Shown in pieces: positions 25,101 to 33,900 of a stretch of DNA of 42,729 bases. The stretch spans positions 1-42,729 of the forward strand of contig JAKUOE010000002.1 in the NCBI GenBank assembly GCA_022449845.1, in the 5' to 3' direction. A program made the position numbers and the translations under genes. Under the pieces are notes generated by a model. That model saw nothing but the letters and a program-made list of their open reading frames with translations. It had not been told where the DNA came from and did no database searches. Position 1 is the stretch's first letter, and every line of letters starts with the position of its first letter. The stretch comes from Candidatus Thalassarchaeum sp. (GTDB taxonomy: Archaea; Thermoplasmatota; Poseidoniia; Poseidoniales; Thalassarchaeaceae).

Positions 25101-26473
25101 GGGAAGTCTCCACCCCCTGCTTTCATGCTCGTACATTCTCCACCATTGCTAGTGATGATTGAGTTTGCTACATACATTCGGTTCTCGGAAGGAGAAGGTA
25201 CAGACCAGGCATTGTCCCCGAAGTGATATTCACCAGCGATGAGGGGCTCCTTTGCAATGTCCTGAATCGATACGTTTTCGATTCGAACGTCACTTTCTCC
25301 GATTGACCAAACACCGTTCCAGCCACCGATTGGACCAATGGAACCACCGCTGATATTCACCTTGCTCTTGGAAATCTGGACACCTGAACCCTCACCGGCT
25401 CCATCGATGACGTTGTTGTTGAAATCGACCCAAGCCAAGTTGAATGCTGTGAGAGGGCTACGATCGGCAGTCGTGACCTTATTGTTGGCAACGGTCAGCT
25501 TGTATGCCACATTGTTGCCGGCAGTCTTCTTGTTGTTGACGTCGATACCGTTGCATGTGGTCGAAATCGTGGATGATGTGACGGTTCCTGCCGAATCATC
25601 CAGTCGAATCCCATAATCTCCGCTGGCGATGACGGAATTTCGGATGTCGACAAAGGATTCCTCAACCCACAGTACGTGGCGGCCGTCATCGTTCTGACCA
25701 CAGCCGTTGTCTGTACCCGTGAAAACTGCAGAGTCAATGATTAGAGGTTGAATCGAACTTCCAGCACCATAGGCTTGGATTGCGGAACCAATCAGAGATG
25801 TTGCGTCATCACCAACGGTGAACTCTCCACCGAGGATGTCCGGGCGAGCGAGGTCTAGAATCAACAGACTGGTGGTGTTGACGCCTTCAAATTTCAAGCC
25901 AACCATGGTTGGGCTGGCACCCTCTGCGACGATGGCGCCGTAGCGAACCTCTGAGATTTCAGAGACCCAGCGGGGCATTCCATAGGCATTGGTAATGGAA
26001 ACATGATTGAGTTTGGTGGCTCCAATGTCGACTGTGCTACGGAGTAGAATGCCTTCATTGCACGATGGATCGCGATTGTAGTGATTCCCGCTGAAAATCC
26101 CGTAACAACTGCCGGTTGCCGAAGCATTCGAAGGATCTTGCCAATTGAACGTAATGCGAGAACTGTTACTCGCCATTCCGTTCGCTCCACACGCGATGTC
26201 ACCAGCACATAGCCCACCCCGAACGTCGAGGTATGTTCCGTTGGGCATGGTGACGGTGGTTCCAGGTTGCACAATCAGATTTGCTCCGGTCGCCACGATG
26301 ACAGTGTCAGTCAGTGTATGCGATCCAGTCCAAACCTCTGTTCCTGAGATGGTTCCGCTCGTTGTTTCATTGGTAGCCATTGCTGTCGGCATCAATCCGA
26401 CCAGTCCAATCATGACGCTTGTCAGCATCAAGAAAGACAAAAACAGGCTCTTTTTTCGATGGGTCTCTTCCAT
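22109..26473 (-). CDS. Giant membrane-anchored surface protein (~1454 aa): right-handed beta-helix region, Ig-like domains, C-terminal TM and acidic tail
   Basis: Start chosen at the ATG at 26473 (MEETHRKKSLFLSFLMLTSVMIGLVGLMPTAMA, signal-like). It is preceded by GGAGTGAT at 26478..26485. Beta-helix-type repeats occupy aa ~90-560 (IRNSVIASGDYGIRLDDSAGTVTSSTIS, LLNNDITIGGEGDGIRAIGALLDVRNNVI). Ig-like modules follow (PPAIWVDGPASGTVVDDGVVHFTGRASD; PVVQLLTPFDLQTITASEDTLLSGVARDTDGTVTKVEIV). TM at about 22316..22402, then a 68-aa tail. Confidence 0.85.
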   Translation of the reverse strand: MEETHRKKSLFLSFLMLTSVMIGLVGLMPTAMATNETTSGTISGTEVWTGSHTLTDTVIVATGANLIVQPGTTVTMPNGTYLDVRGGLCAGDIACGANGMASNSSRITFNWQDPSNASATGSCYGIFSGNHYNRDPSCNEGILLRSTVDIGATKLNHVSITNAYGMPRWVSEISEVRYGAIVAEGASPTMVGLKFEGVNTTSLLILDLARPDILGGEFTVGDDATSLIGSAIQAYGAGSSIQPLIIDSAVFTGTDNGCGQNDDGRHVLWVEESFVDIRNSVIASGDYGIRLDDSAGTVTSSTISTTCNGIDVNNKKTAGNNVAYKLTVANNKVTTADRSPLTAFNLAWVDFNNNVIDGAGEGSGVQISKSKVNISGGSIGPIGGWNGVWSIGESDVRIENVSIQDIAKEPLIAGEYHFGDNAWSVPSPSENRMYVANSIITSNGGECTSMKAGGGDFPWPAVHAFRSSLTLLNNDITIGGEGDGIRAIGALLDVRNNVINSTATGAMIKHHDTNYANDPQYGSLAFFSMNTWMGVGQTYNVTKSSVTVQSENIPIPNQQVNTTNPVTLSWPDVEAAEWTNWDGQVLIPPCSVWPPQNFPLAMEMTNNSTVFTYSNLTGLDTSNIYIDTSPIKWAVQIRKAEIVKFRTIVEGIRVGGSTVLIEDSHGDDLYSLTTDSQGWTPEVSLASDFHLDMTGGGPGGINPDRYADDEGENSCSDGIDNDGDLIYDSDDPDCQAGPNSRELSLYYVSAYKFGKVYKKYSLTMTSQTGVLTEIVSLENLEPSITVNQNDGHSFKRSVNFTGTAHDGQWAGIYASDELARWDQQGAVDEVQVKDPFTSDWVDMRLAVDDSNSDGEVTYNNHPFSHWYFEFDMSDQPEGDYTFEFRSYDGVTESQIVTRTIKLNTEPPAIWVDGPASGTVVDDGVVHFTGRASDAYSGIFGSDIQRIWFEVDGPNNYYNLFDKQGGTAWSADWTVGHLPSGTYTVTVWASDSAFCTTSSDECTPVVLSLEVDNDNAIPVVQLLTPFDLQTITASEDTLLSGVARDTDGTVTKVEIVIKDPQAGFLEMPEGPHSLVQDIAANGGWATTWDTTNLVHNYHYIVEVRSFDGFQYSDAASIEVIIDNPPNQDNTRPAFNSTNWPDSVTIFCEEEGASQNRCGDGYYIDLTEFFSDVDAGDSLSYYVLDQPDMFEDDLYAEVITVGSNGVANYNPLSMSFYSGSMEDWDLQDVIFQVRDSAGSTISSDPLDFDVVGVSFESQCAGIMEDGAFVAGCPGQISASDILVYSGKGRPTVSVIGETGSGLRLGSTVVGEDGTWTLEIPGNRLDKGSNTIVFEYGSIGQPMNEDSEIVVEGGLDEGSGLLKWIGLTVLGLIVLALLGGVFVFFFVEFEDEYEDDLEEAAAEEVDPYAWAKERQEQEAAATQVAQPAVQEAAAPAVSGYPGWKWDAEQNKWVPDNE

Positions 26474-26477
26474 GGGT

Positions 26478-26485
26478 ATCACTCC
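26478..26485 (-). promoter_or_regulatory. Shine-Dalgarno-like GGAGTGAT, 4 nt upstream of the ATG at 26473
   Basis: The reverse complement of atcactcc matches 7 of 8 positions of the GGAGGTGA consensus complementary to the archaeal 16S rRNA 3' end. A TTATAG TATA-like element lies at 26515..26520 within the only strongly AT-rich tract nearby. Confidence 0.55.
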
Positions 26486-26606
26486 AAGTTGCAGGTGTGG
26501 GACAGTTGCAAGGGCTATAACAGCCACGACGCCGCGGCAGTCCGTTTTCGCCTCTATTAGGATCAAAAAAATACTAAAATATCATACTTGAGTATCATAT
26601 ATTTGT

Positions 26607-27866
26607 TTAAGTATCACTATTTTCTGCGATTGCATCGGCAACTGCGCGCTCCCAAGCGACTGCATCGAGCATTCCATAGCCCCATCGAGGGTGATGTTCA
26701 CCACCCTGCAGGTCATGCGGTTCGCAAGAATCAGCGAGGGCCTGTTTGACCAGCATAATCCCCGCCCGTGTCGAATTGCTGTCTGGGAGCGCGTCTCCGT
26801 GTCGCTCTAGAATCAGGGCTAGCGCGCCTGTGACGAAAACTGTGGAATCGCTGGTCCCAGTACTGGCTGAATACGGAATTGATAGACTCGGATCTGATGT
26901 TGAAATGATGTTTACCCCTGGTGCTGAGACCTCCGGTTTTTGATTGGGTTCGATTCGAATTTCCCCATTGGCGCCTTCAGTTCCAGAACCGGTGGCTGTT
27001 CGCTCCCACAAGTCTCCGTTCTTGTCCACCGCACCGACTGCAATGACGCCGTCCACGTTGGCTGGAACAGAGACGTCGGTGACCCCAGTCCCAGCTCCTC
27101 CCGAGTTGCCGGCAGCCGCAACGACGAAGACGCCGTGGTCAAGGGCATCGCGTACGGCATCGGCCGTCTGTGACCCCAAGGGGTTCTCAGGGTCTGGATC
27201 CCCGCCCAATGAAAGAGAAATGATGTCGACACCCATGTCATTCCAACACCACTCAATGGCTGCGGAAACCGTGGATTCAGATTGTGTCGTCCCTTCAGAA
27301 TTCAGTGCTGCCGCGACGACCAAACCGACGTTTGGAGCAGCGCCACGATAATTGCCATCCGCAATCAGAATCCCAGCCATCATTGTTCCATGTCGATCAG
27401 TACCCCTATCTTGGATGATATGGTCATCCCCATCGATAAAATCACGATATTGGACAAGGTTCGCATCGGCAAGATCAGGGTGTGTCATCTCGATGCCTGT
27501 GTCCACAATGCAGACCAAGATACCGTTGCCCGTCAAGCCAAGTTCATCGTGGAGTGTGTAGATGTTGGTATTTTCATACGCCCATTCAGAATTCGGTGTG
27601 AGTGCACCGGCGAACAATGAGGTAATCTGTGGATAGGTCAACAATAGTGCCGAAATGAGGCACATCGCCATGAGTATGCCCCACGGCCGTTCAATTTCTC
27701 GACGTGATGAGGTGTTGGCTGCATCACGCCATGCCGCTGCCTGCTCGGGTGTAGCTCCATACGCCTCCGGTGGATAACCCGGGGCATCAGGGTCGATGGC
27801 AGTCAGCATTCGAGGGTCCTCTGGTTCAGGGAGGAACTCGAGGTCCCGGTAGGGGTCTGGAGGCAT
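26607..27866 (-). CDS. Subtilisin-like serine protease (peptidase S8), N-terminally membrane-anchored
   Basis: Catalytic blocks in order: Asp 'LVCIVDTGIEMTHPDL' (D122), His 'DRHGTMMAGIL' (H159), oxyanion Asn 'VVAAAGNSGG' (N253), Ser 'STGTSDSTVFVTGALALI' (S339). The Pro-rich N-terminus is followed by one TM segment (PWGILMAMCLISALLLTYPQI). Confidence 0.9.
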   Translation of the reverse strand: MPPDPYRDLEFLPEPEDPRMLTAIDPDAPGYPPEAYGATPEQAAAWRDAANTSSRREIERPWGILMAMCLISALLLTYPQITSLFAGALTPNSEWAYENTNIYTLHDELGLTGNGILVCIVDTGIEMTHPDLADANLVQYRDFIDGDDHIIQDRGTDRHGTMMAGILIADGNYRGAAPNVGLVVAAALNSEGTTQSESTVSAAIEWCWNDMGVDIISLSLGGDPDPENPLGSQTADAVRDALDHGVFVVAAAGNSGGAGTGVTDVSVPANVDGVIAVGAVDKNGDLWERTATGSGTEGANGEIRIEPNQKPEVSAPGVNIISTSDPSLSIPYSASTGTSDSTVFVTGALALILERHGDALPDSNSTRAGIMLVKQALADSCEPHDLQGGEHHPRWGYGMLDAVAWERAVADAIAENSDT

Positions 27867-27893
27867 CTGAGTCGCCCCTAAGGGGCGACTGAG
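27867..27893 (-). promoter_or_regulatory. Stem-loop with core GCCCC-UUA-GGGGC directly abutting the subtilase start codon
   Basis: Plus strand ct-g-agtcgcccc-taa-ggggcgact-g-ag has 9 perfect pairs with a 3-nt loop, plus 2 further pairs across a mismatch. On the mRNA, CUCAGUCGCCCCUUAGGGGCGACUCAG is followed immediately by AUG (27866). The only G-rich SD-like run (AGGGG) lies in the 3' arm. Confidence 0.6.
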
Positions 27894-27943
27894 GGTTCAT
27901 GGCCCCTTCGCCCACTGGAGCATGGCTATCGCTGATTCCAAAG

Positions 27944-27960
27944 CGAACGCGTAGCGTTCG
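27944..27960 (-). terminator. 7-bp stem / 3-nt loop hairpin 12 nt after the AglB stop, followed by CUUUGG on the sense strand
   Basis: Plus strand cgaacgc-gta-gcgttcg. On the mRNA, UGA-UCUCCAUCGGUU-CGAACGC-UAC-GCGUUCG-CUUUGG. Confidence 0.4.
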
Positions 27961-27972
27961 AACCGATGGAGA

Positions 27973-30900
27973 TCAGAAGGCTTGACCACGTCGACCGCTG
28001 AACTTCCAGAACAAGCCAATGATGCCGGCAATGATGATGGCGACAATAATCCCCAGCCAGTTATTTGCTTCAGTAGAGACTTCTGGTTGGTAGTTCATCT
28101 TCATCATCTGCTCTTCAGGAGTATTCGCTAAATCAAGACCTGTCGTATTGATTCGGAAGGTGTAATCCACAGTTCCAATTTCATCGACTGGGTCCACGTC
28201 CATTGTGTACGAAACAGTCTCAAGCATCGGGACATCCTGAGTCAATGAGCCAACAACGAGGCCGGCCTCATCAAGAATTTCGACTTTGACGTCGCGTGCG
28301 TCCACTTGTCCGGAATTCACTACACTGATGAAGAACTGATTGGTTTGACCCAGAGTACCGAATCCTGCTTGCACAAGTCCGATTGCACCAGGGTCGTCAT
28401 CTGTGAACTCCAAGTTCGGTAGTGCCGTCTTGATTGTCAATGTCAGCGTTTCTGATGTAGTGTTGTCTTCGCTCAGAATCGTGATTGTAACTGGGAATTC
28501 AACATCACCGACCCAAGCTTCTGACGAATGGATTGAGACCGAATAGGCCTGGGAGTTGCGTGGACCCACAGTAACCATACTGGCTCCAGTCACAGTCCAC
28601 AGTGGTGTGACCGCATCAGGCAAGTCAGAGATTTGGATGGTGAATGTGTCCTCACCGTTCCCTGTATTCTCAAAGAAGAACGAATAGGTATCATCAAACC
28701 CAATCTGTACACCAACTTCGGTATTATCGATTTCATCCTTGTCGGTGATTTCCACACCGTGTTCTTGCGGAACGAAGAGTTTGAGTTCATACTCATCGTG
28801 TGATCCGGTTCCTTGGTGCGTCATCTTGACCAGCATCGAATGGCCCTCATCGTAGGACTCAGCCACAGTCTTGTTGGCTGGAATCACACGGAGGCGGAGG
28901 TCAGCAGTGGTATTTTCATCGATACCCATGGTGTATGGCCGGTGGGTGTCCCAAATGTCCTCACCCGTTGTCTCATGAGTGCCATTCCAAACTTCTACAG
29001 TCCAGAATTCAGCGTCTCCACCATTCATCTCAACTGTGAGCATGTAACTGTCCGTAGGTTGATTTCCATTGTAGATGAGGTCGAGGTTAATCTCTCCAAC
29101 CGCGTACTCGAGTTCATCTCCATTGTCGACGATATTGAAGTGATCGTCATCCTCGTCCGACTGTTCAATCGACGTGTGATTCTCATCCACGGTGAAAGAG
29201 ATGGAATGATCCATGGCGACACTGAACAGAACCAGTTGTTCTGGCGATTCAACCCCTCCACCGACAACTTCAGCGCTCTTGCCGCCGTTGTATGTCATTT
29301 CCATGCCTTGTTCTGTGGTCGTGAACGTCCCACTGATGCTGTAATCTCCAGCAGGCAGTAGCAAGGACACTGCGCCATCGGCATCGACGGATTCGTTCCA
29401 ACTGTAGGTGAGTCCGCTGTCGAATACGAGGTTGTCGCCACTGTCAATCAAGGCACTGTCTCCCAGTGTGTGTTCAACACCATCATAGTCGAACCAGCGA
29501 GTGGTGACATGGAGCATGCTGGCTGTTGAAAGCATGGCATCGGCCTCGCCTCCTTCAGCAACTGCCGCTTCTACCAATGAAATGGCTGCGAATTGTCCTT
29601 CATCACCATCATAGGTCGCGTACAGAATCCAGTTACCTGGGTCAACGTCTGCCGACCAAGTCCCATTCCAAGTTCCGTTATCCAACAACTTGGTCGGTGT
29701 CTGTGAACTGAAGGAAAGGCCGGATTCCGGAATGAGAATCAAATTGATATCATCGGCGATATCCTCCCATTCTGAAGGCAGAACGTGTGTGATCTGACCG
29801 CCTGCTGTAACAATCCCTGCTGTTAATTCAATATCAGACGAATTGGCGGTGTAACCCACCTCAAGTGTGGTCGAACCATTGCTGAATCCTTCCTTACTCG
29901 CGAATACGTCGTATGTATCATTCACTGGGACGAAGATTCGCCAAGTACCCAGAACGTCGGTTGTCAGGTTGAATGGGCCGAAGGTTGTGCTGTTGACAAC
30001 AACATTGGCGTCAACAATACCCTCAGCATAACTCCATGCATCATCTTCGTTGACGTCACGGAATAGGTTGCCTGCAATCTCAACCCATTTGTTGAGTGAA
30101 AGATTGGTGTCTGCATTCGCTGAGCCTTCAGCCAAATTCAGTGTCACATTGTCTAGTATCCAACGCATATTGTTGTCCGTGCGATTGAGACTCAAGGTCC
30201 AATTTCCGGGCATGAGAGATTCATCAATCACACCATTTTCATCACTCGGACCGAGGCTGAATTCACCCAGGCCATCTTCACTGACTGCGTCGACTTGGAA
30301 ACCGCTGAGCAACTCCCCACTCCCAGCTTCAATCAATGTGATGTTGAAGTGGGCCGCTTCGACGGTATACCAATCAATGGTTGAACTCGGTGTTGCCGAA
30401 TCAACCGTCAGAGTGGTGCGGAATGTCTGCAATGGGTCGTCGTTGGTTTCGTCTCCATCGTCATCGATGAAATCGAGGATATGGGCGATCCATTCTCCTT
30501 CTGGTAGATATTCGACGATGGTACCGTTTGCATCTGTGTCGTGGGTGAATGATTGACCCCCATCGGCCGCGTTGAAGTACACGGTCCAGTTGGCCATCGG
30601 GCCAGCAGACTGATTGCGCAATGTGATAGCAGTACGCCATTCAGGTAGGAAGCCAAGTTCTACATCCTGTGTCTCAGCACCGATTGCGATATCGATGAGT
30701 CCGCTGGAGTTCGACAAGAGGGTGTTGAACTCAGTCATATTCTCATCACGCGCATCCTTGGCATCAGTTTCGAAAACCCATCTGCCGACCTTCAGCTCGA
30801 GTACAATCGTTCCATTGTCCCAGCGAGCATCGTCGGCTGAGATGTTGATATTGCCCGAATCATCCAATGCACTGTAGGGTATCAATCGGAAATCGATGGG

Positions 30901-33900
30901 GACTGCAGTACCATTCGACTGGTTGCCGTCCATTGAATGGTCGATAAACGGCATGAGGATTGTATCAACGTAATCGGGTTCCGCAATTAGAACCAGAGTT
31001 GCATTGTCACCCTGTGGAGAGTATGTGTATGGTGTGACGTTGAGAGCGTCGTTATTGATGCTCAACGTCCAGTTCCGAGTCTGATTTTCGCCCTCTGGTT
31101 CCAATACATACGATGTGAATCGACCCTGGGCGATATCGACCGGCCATTGCCAAGTGACGCCAGTGGAATGATCGTATGATTCCATCATGAATGGGAAATC
31201 CTCGAATCCGGGGAGCGCGTGAGTATACGGAGTCCCAACTTCATACAGGAAGATGCTGCCCGAAGCACCGACACTGGCCCTAGGATACAGGGTGTGCTGA
31301 GAACCTGTGCTGGGCACGACGAAATGCTCACCTGCGAGTAGGTTTCCAATCACCACGTGAACCGTGAGGTTGACCTCTGCACCGACGGGAATCTGGAATC
31401 CAAACGTTCCATTCTCGTCCGTCATCGTGGATTCTGTGATACTGCCGCCCCACTGAATCGTGACCATCTGATTGTTGTATCCTTCAGGGTCCTGATCGGG
31501 TTTGTCTGTATTGTCGTACATGACGGTTCCATTGACCCATGCGGATGCGACATACTGTAGCACCATTCCGGTCATGTTCTCTTGGAGATCAATTTCCTCG
31601 TAGAGGATGTATTCATCGTCCAGCATACTCTCGACAACCCAAGTATCACGAGGTAACTCGATGTTATACGAGCCGTTGCCATTGTCACGAGCATCAATCG
31701 TGATGGGTGTGAACTGGTTTGAGAACGTCAGGTTCTGACCTTCGACTGGCTGATCCTGATGGTCCAGCAAGAGGAACTCAATGTCGTACATAGGTGGTAT
31801 CTTATCGATATCAGCAGGTGTGACATTCCCAGCGTTATCTGGAGTTACAGTGATTGTTTCAGAACGATATTCATCGAACCCGTCTTGATCACCGTCCATG
31901 ATGACGACATATTCGCCCTCCAATACCGGACCGATACCAAATGTACCATTCTCATCGGTTTCAAACCAACAAGGAGACCAAGCGACCTCACCACAGGGTT
32001 CAGTGACATTGGCATACATGTCTTCGAAATCAACAAGTTCCAATCGTCCGGTGATGATATCCCCCGGACCTTCGTCCATCGAAAGCGTTCTCGGTGTACC
32101 CTGAATCCATGTCCCTGGCAACGACAGTGCGATGTTGTTCGCTTCAGGGCTCTCTCGCGAAAGAGGGACCTCAAGCGGCATCGGGAGAACGGATTCCTCA
32201 CCGTTTTCAAACAGTACAGCAACGTGATAGGTTCCCGGAATTGCATCAACGAGGTGGAAAGAACCGGGTTTGACCATGTCGCCACTGAAATGTCCAGTGC
32301 CTTGGAATGTACCGGTTCCATTCATTGTTCCATACGATGACAGATTGGTGTCTGTTGCATCGACCACGAATGTACCGGCTCCGATGATGGTTTCTCGATA
32401 CATCGGTGTCGTGAAGAACGATGTTCCATTCGAAGTGAATCGACCATTGACACCGAACACTTCACCATCGACGAGGAAGGTGTCGGTGACATTCGCATCT
32501 TCAAGACAGTATGTCGCTGCATCAGGCATCGAACCGTTCAAACATTCCTGTGCGGATGAATCGACGATTGTACCGACGAATGTTCCTCGGCCAATGATGT
32601 CGCCGATTCCATCGTAGGAATGGTTGTGGAGGATGCTGCGCGTGTAATTTCCAGTGAAATCAGTCGCAGTCATCACACCTGATTCTGAGATGACTGAGCC
32701 TGGGCCAGTGAAGGTGACTTCACCGGTGGCTCCTGGTCCAAACTGACGCTCACCTTCGACATCACCGTCAGATGTGGTAATGAAGTAAGCATCCTGTTGG
32801 GAGTCATCCCAAATATTCGAGATTCGAAGATCCATGTTCGCGAGAGGTTCGCCACCGAAATCGGCATCGCCTTGCCAAGCAATCGTTCCGGTCGCACCGG
32901 ATGCATCAACCTGAATTTCCATGTTCAACACGGCTTCACCATTCGAATGACCTTGGTCTCCTGTGACGTTGACCGTTGCCTCACCCAACCAAGTTGAGCC
33001 AGAAACGTTGCCCAAAATTCCAGTGATTGGATTGATTGTTCGATCCTCATTATCGTCGGTCACCAAATCGATGGCCCAGTTCTGAGATTCCTGAGATTCT
33101 GCAGTGACCAGACCGTCGCGAGCCGCGGTCAAATCGGATTCACCCATGAATGCAGAGACGCGGATGCGCCCACTGGGTACACGGAGGCTGAAGTGACCTT
33201 CATCATCGGCCTGTGCAGTTCCGATTGGAATCCAATAGGTTCGAGCATCGGTATCTGAAGGGTCCTCTCCGCTGAATGCGTCTCTTTCAATCAGTAATTT
33301 TGCATTGGGGACTGCCCCAATCTCACCGAGAATAACATCGCCCTCTAGCGTAGCACCCGAGTAGTACTTGAGCACCTTGACACCTGTGTTCGCTGTCGAA
33401 ATTGCCTGTGGGTTGTCTTCGTTTGCGTCATACCAATTTGCAAGCACGAAGTGATTCATCATCGCACCCGGCAATGGATAGGCGTAAGTCAGTGGTGTGT
33501 CGGGTGTACCATATCCACTGAAATGTTGCTTGGGTTGACCGATTCTACTGAGAGTATCGAGTCCCAGTTGAGGACTGCCATAACCGATGTAGGTACGAGC
33601 AATCATCGTGTCAAAGAATTCTGGCTGCTGATCAACACGGACGTCAACAAGTTGGATGACATCTTCACCACTCCCACCACTGGTTTGGACAGCGAGAATG
33701 TCCGCCAGATAGGCTTCCTCGAACTCGGCGCTAGTCATCTCTTGTTCGGGTCGATCACCACGCTGAGTGATGTAGACTGACTGGATGTAATCGTCGGGAT
33801 CCAGACCACTGAGTGTGGTTGGTGCGTAAAAGATACCCGTGGGGTTGCCGTAGTGCATTCCACTCTCGGAATACTGGTAACCACCGATTGGGTACAATCG

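Noticed and set aside
3284-26473. PGF-CTERM/archaeosortase-type or lipobox anchoring of the giant surface proteins
   Set aside because: The C-termini of the 3284..8800 and 22109..26473 proteins are a TM helix followed by 68-164-aa cytoplasmic tails, not the short PGF-TM-basic tripartite signal. The C-terminus of the 8879..14575 protein has no hydrophobic segment at all.
26474-26566. Track N-terminal extension of the beta-helix adhesin (MILIEAKTDCRGVVAVIALATVPHLQLGVIP...)
   Set aside because: The internal ATG at 26473 is preceded by GGAGTGAT at ideal spacing and yields a proper signal peptide. The extension would run through the AT-rich promoter-like tract.
27894-27943. Possible small ORF or sRNA between the two hairpins in the aglB-protease spacer (ATG CTC CAG TGG GCG AAG GGG CCA TGA on the minus strand)
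   Set aside because: It encodes only 8 codons with no SD-like element. I cannot distinguish it from chance.
28813-32340. Several 160-190-aa plus-strand ORFs (28813..29361, 30050..30556, 31759..32340) antisense to the giant AglB gene
   Set aside because: They lie entirely inside a 9.7-kb ORF with strong family motifs. Their compositions are skewed (Arg/Ser/His/Cys-rich), and they lack SD-like elements or recognisable domains. Long antisense frames of this kind are expected in a long, codon-biased gene.
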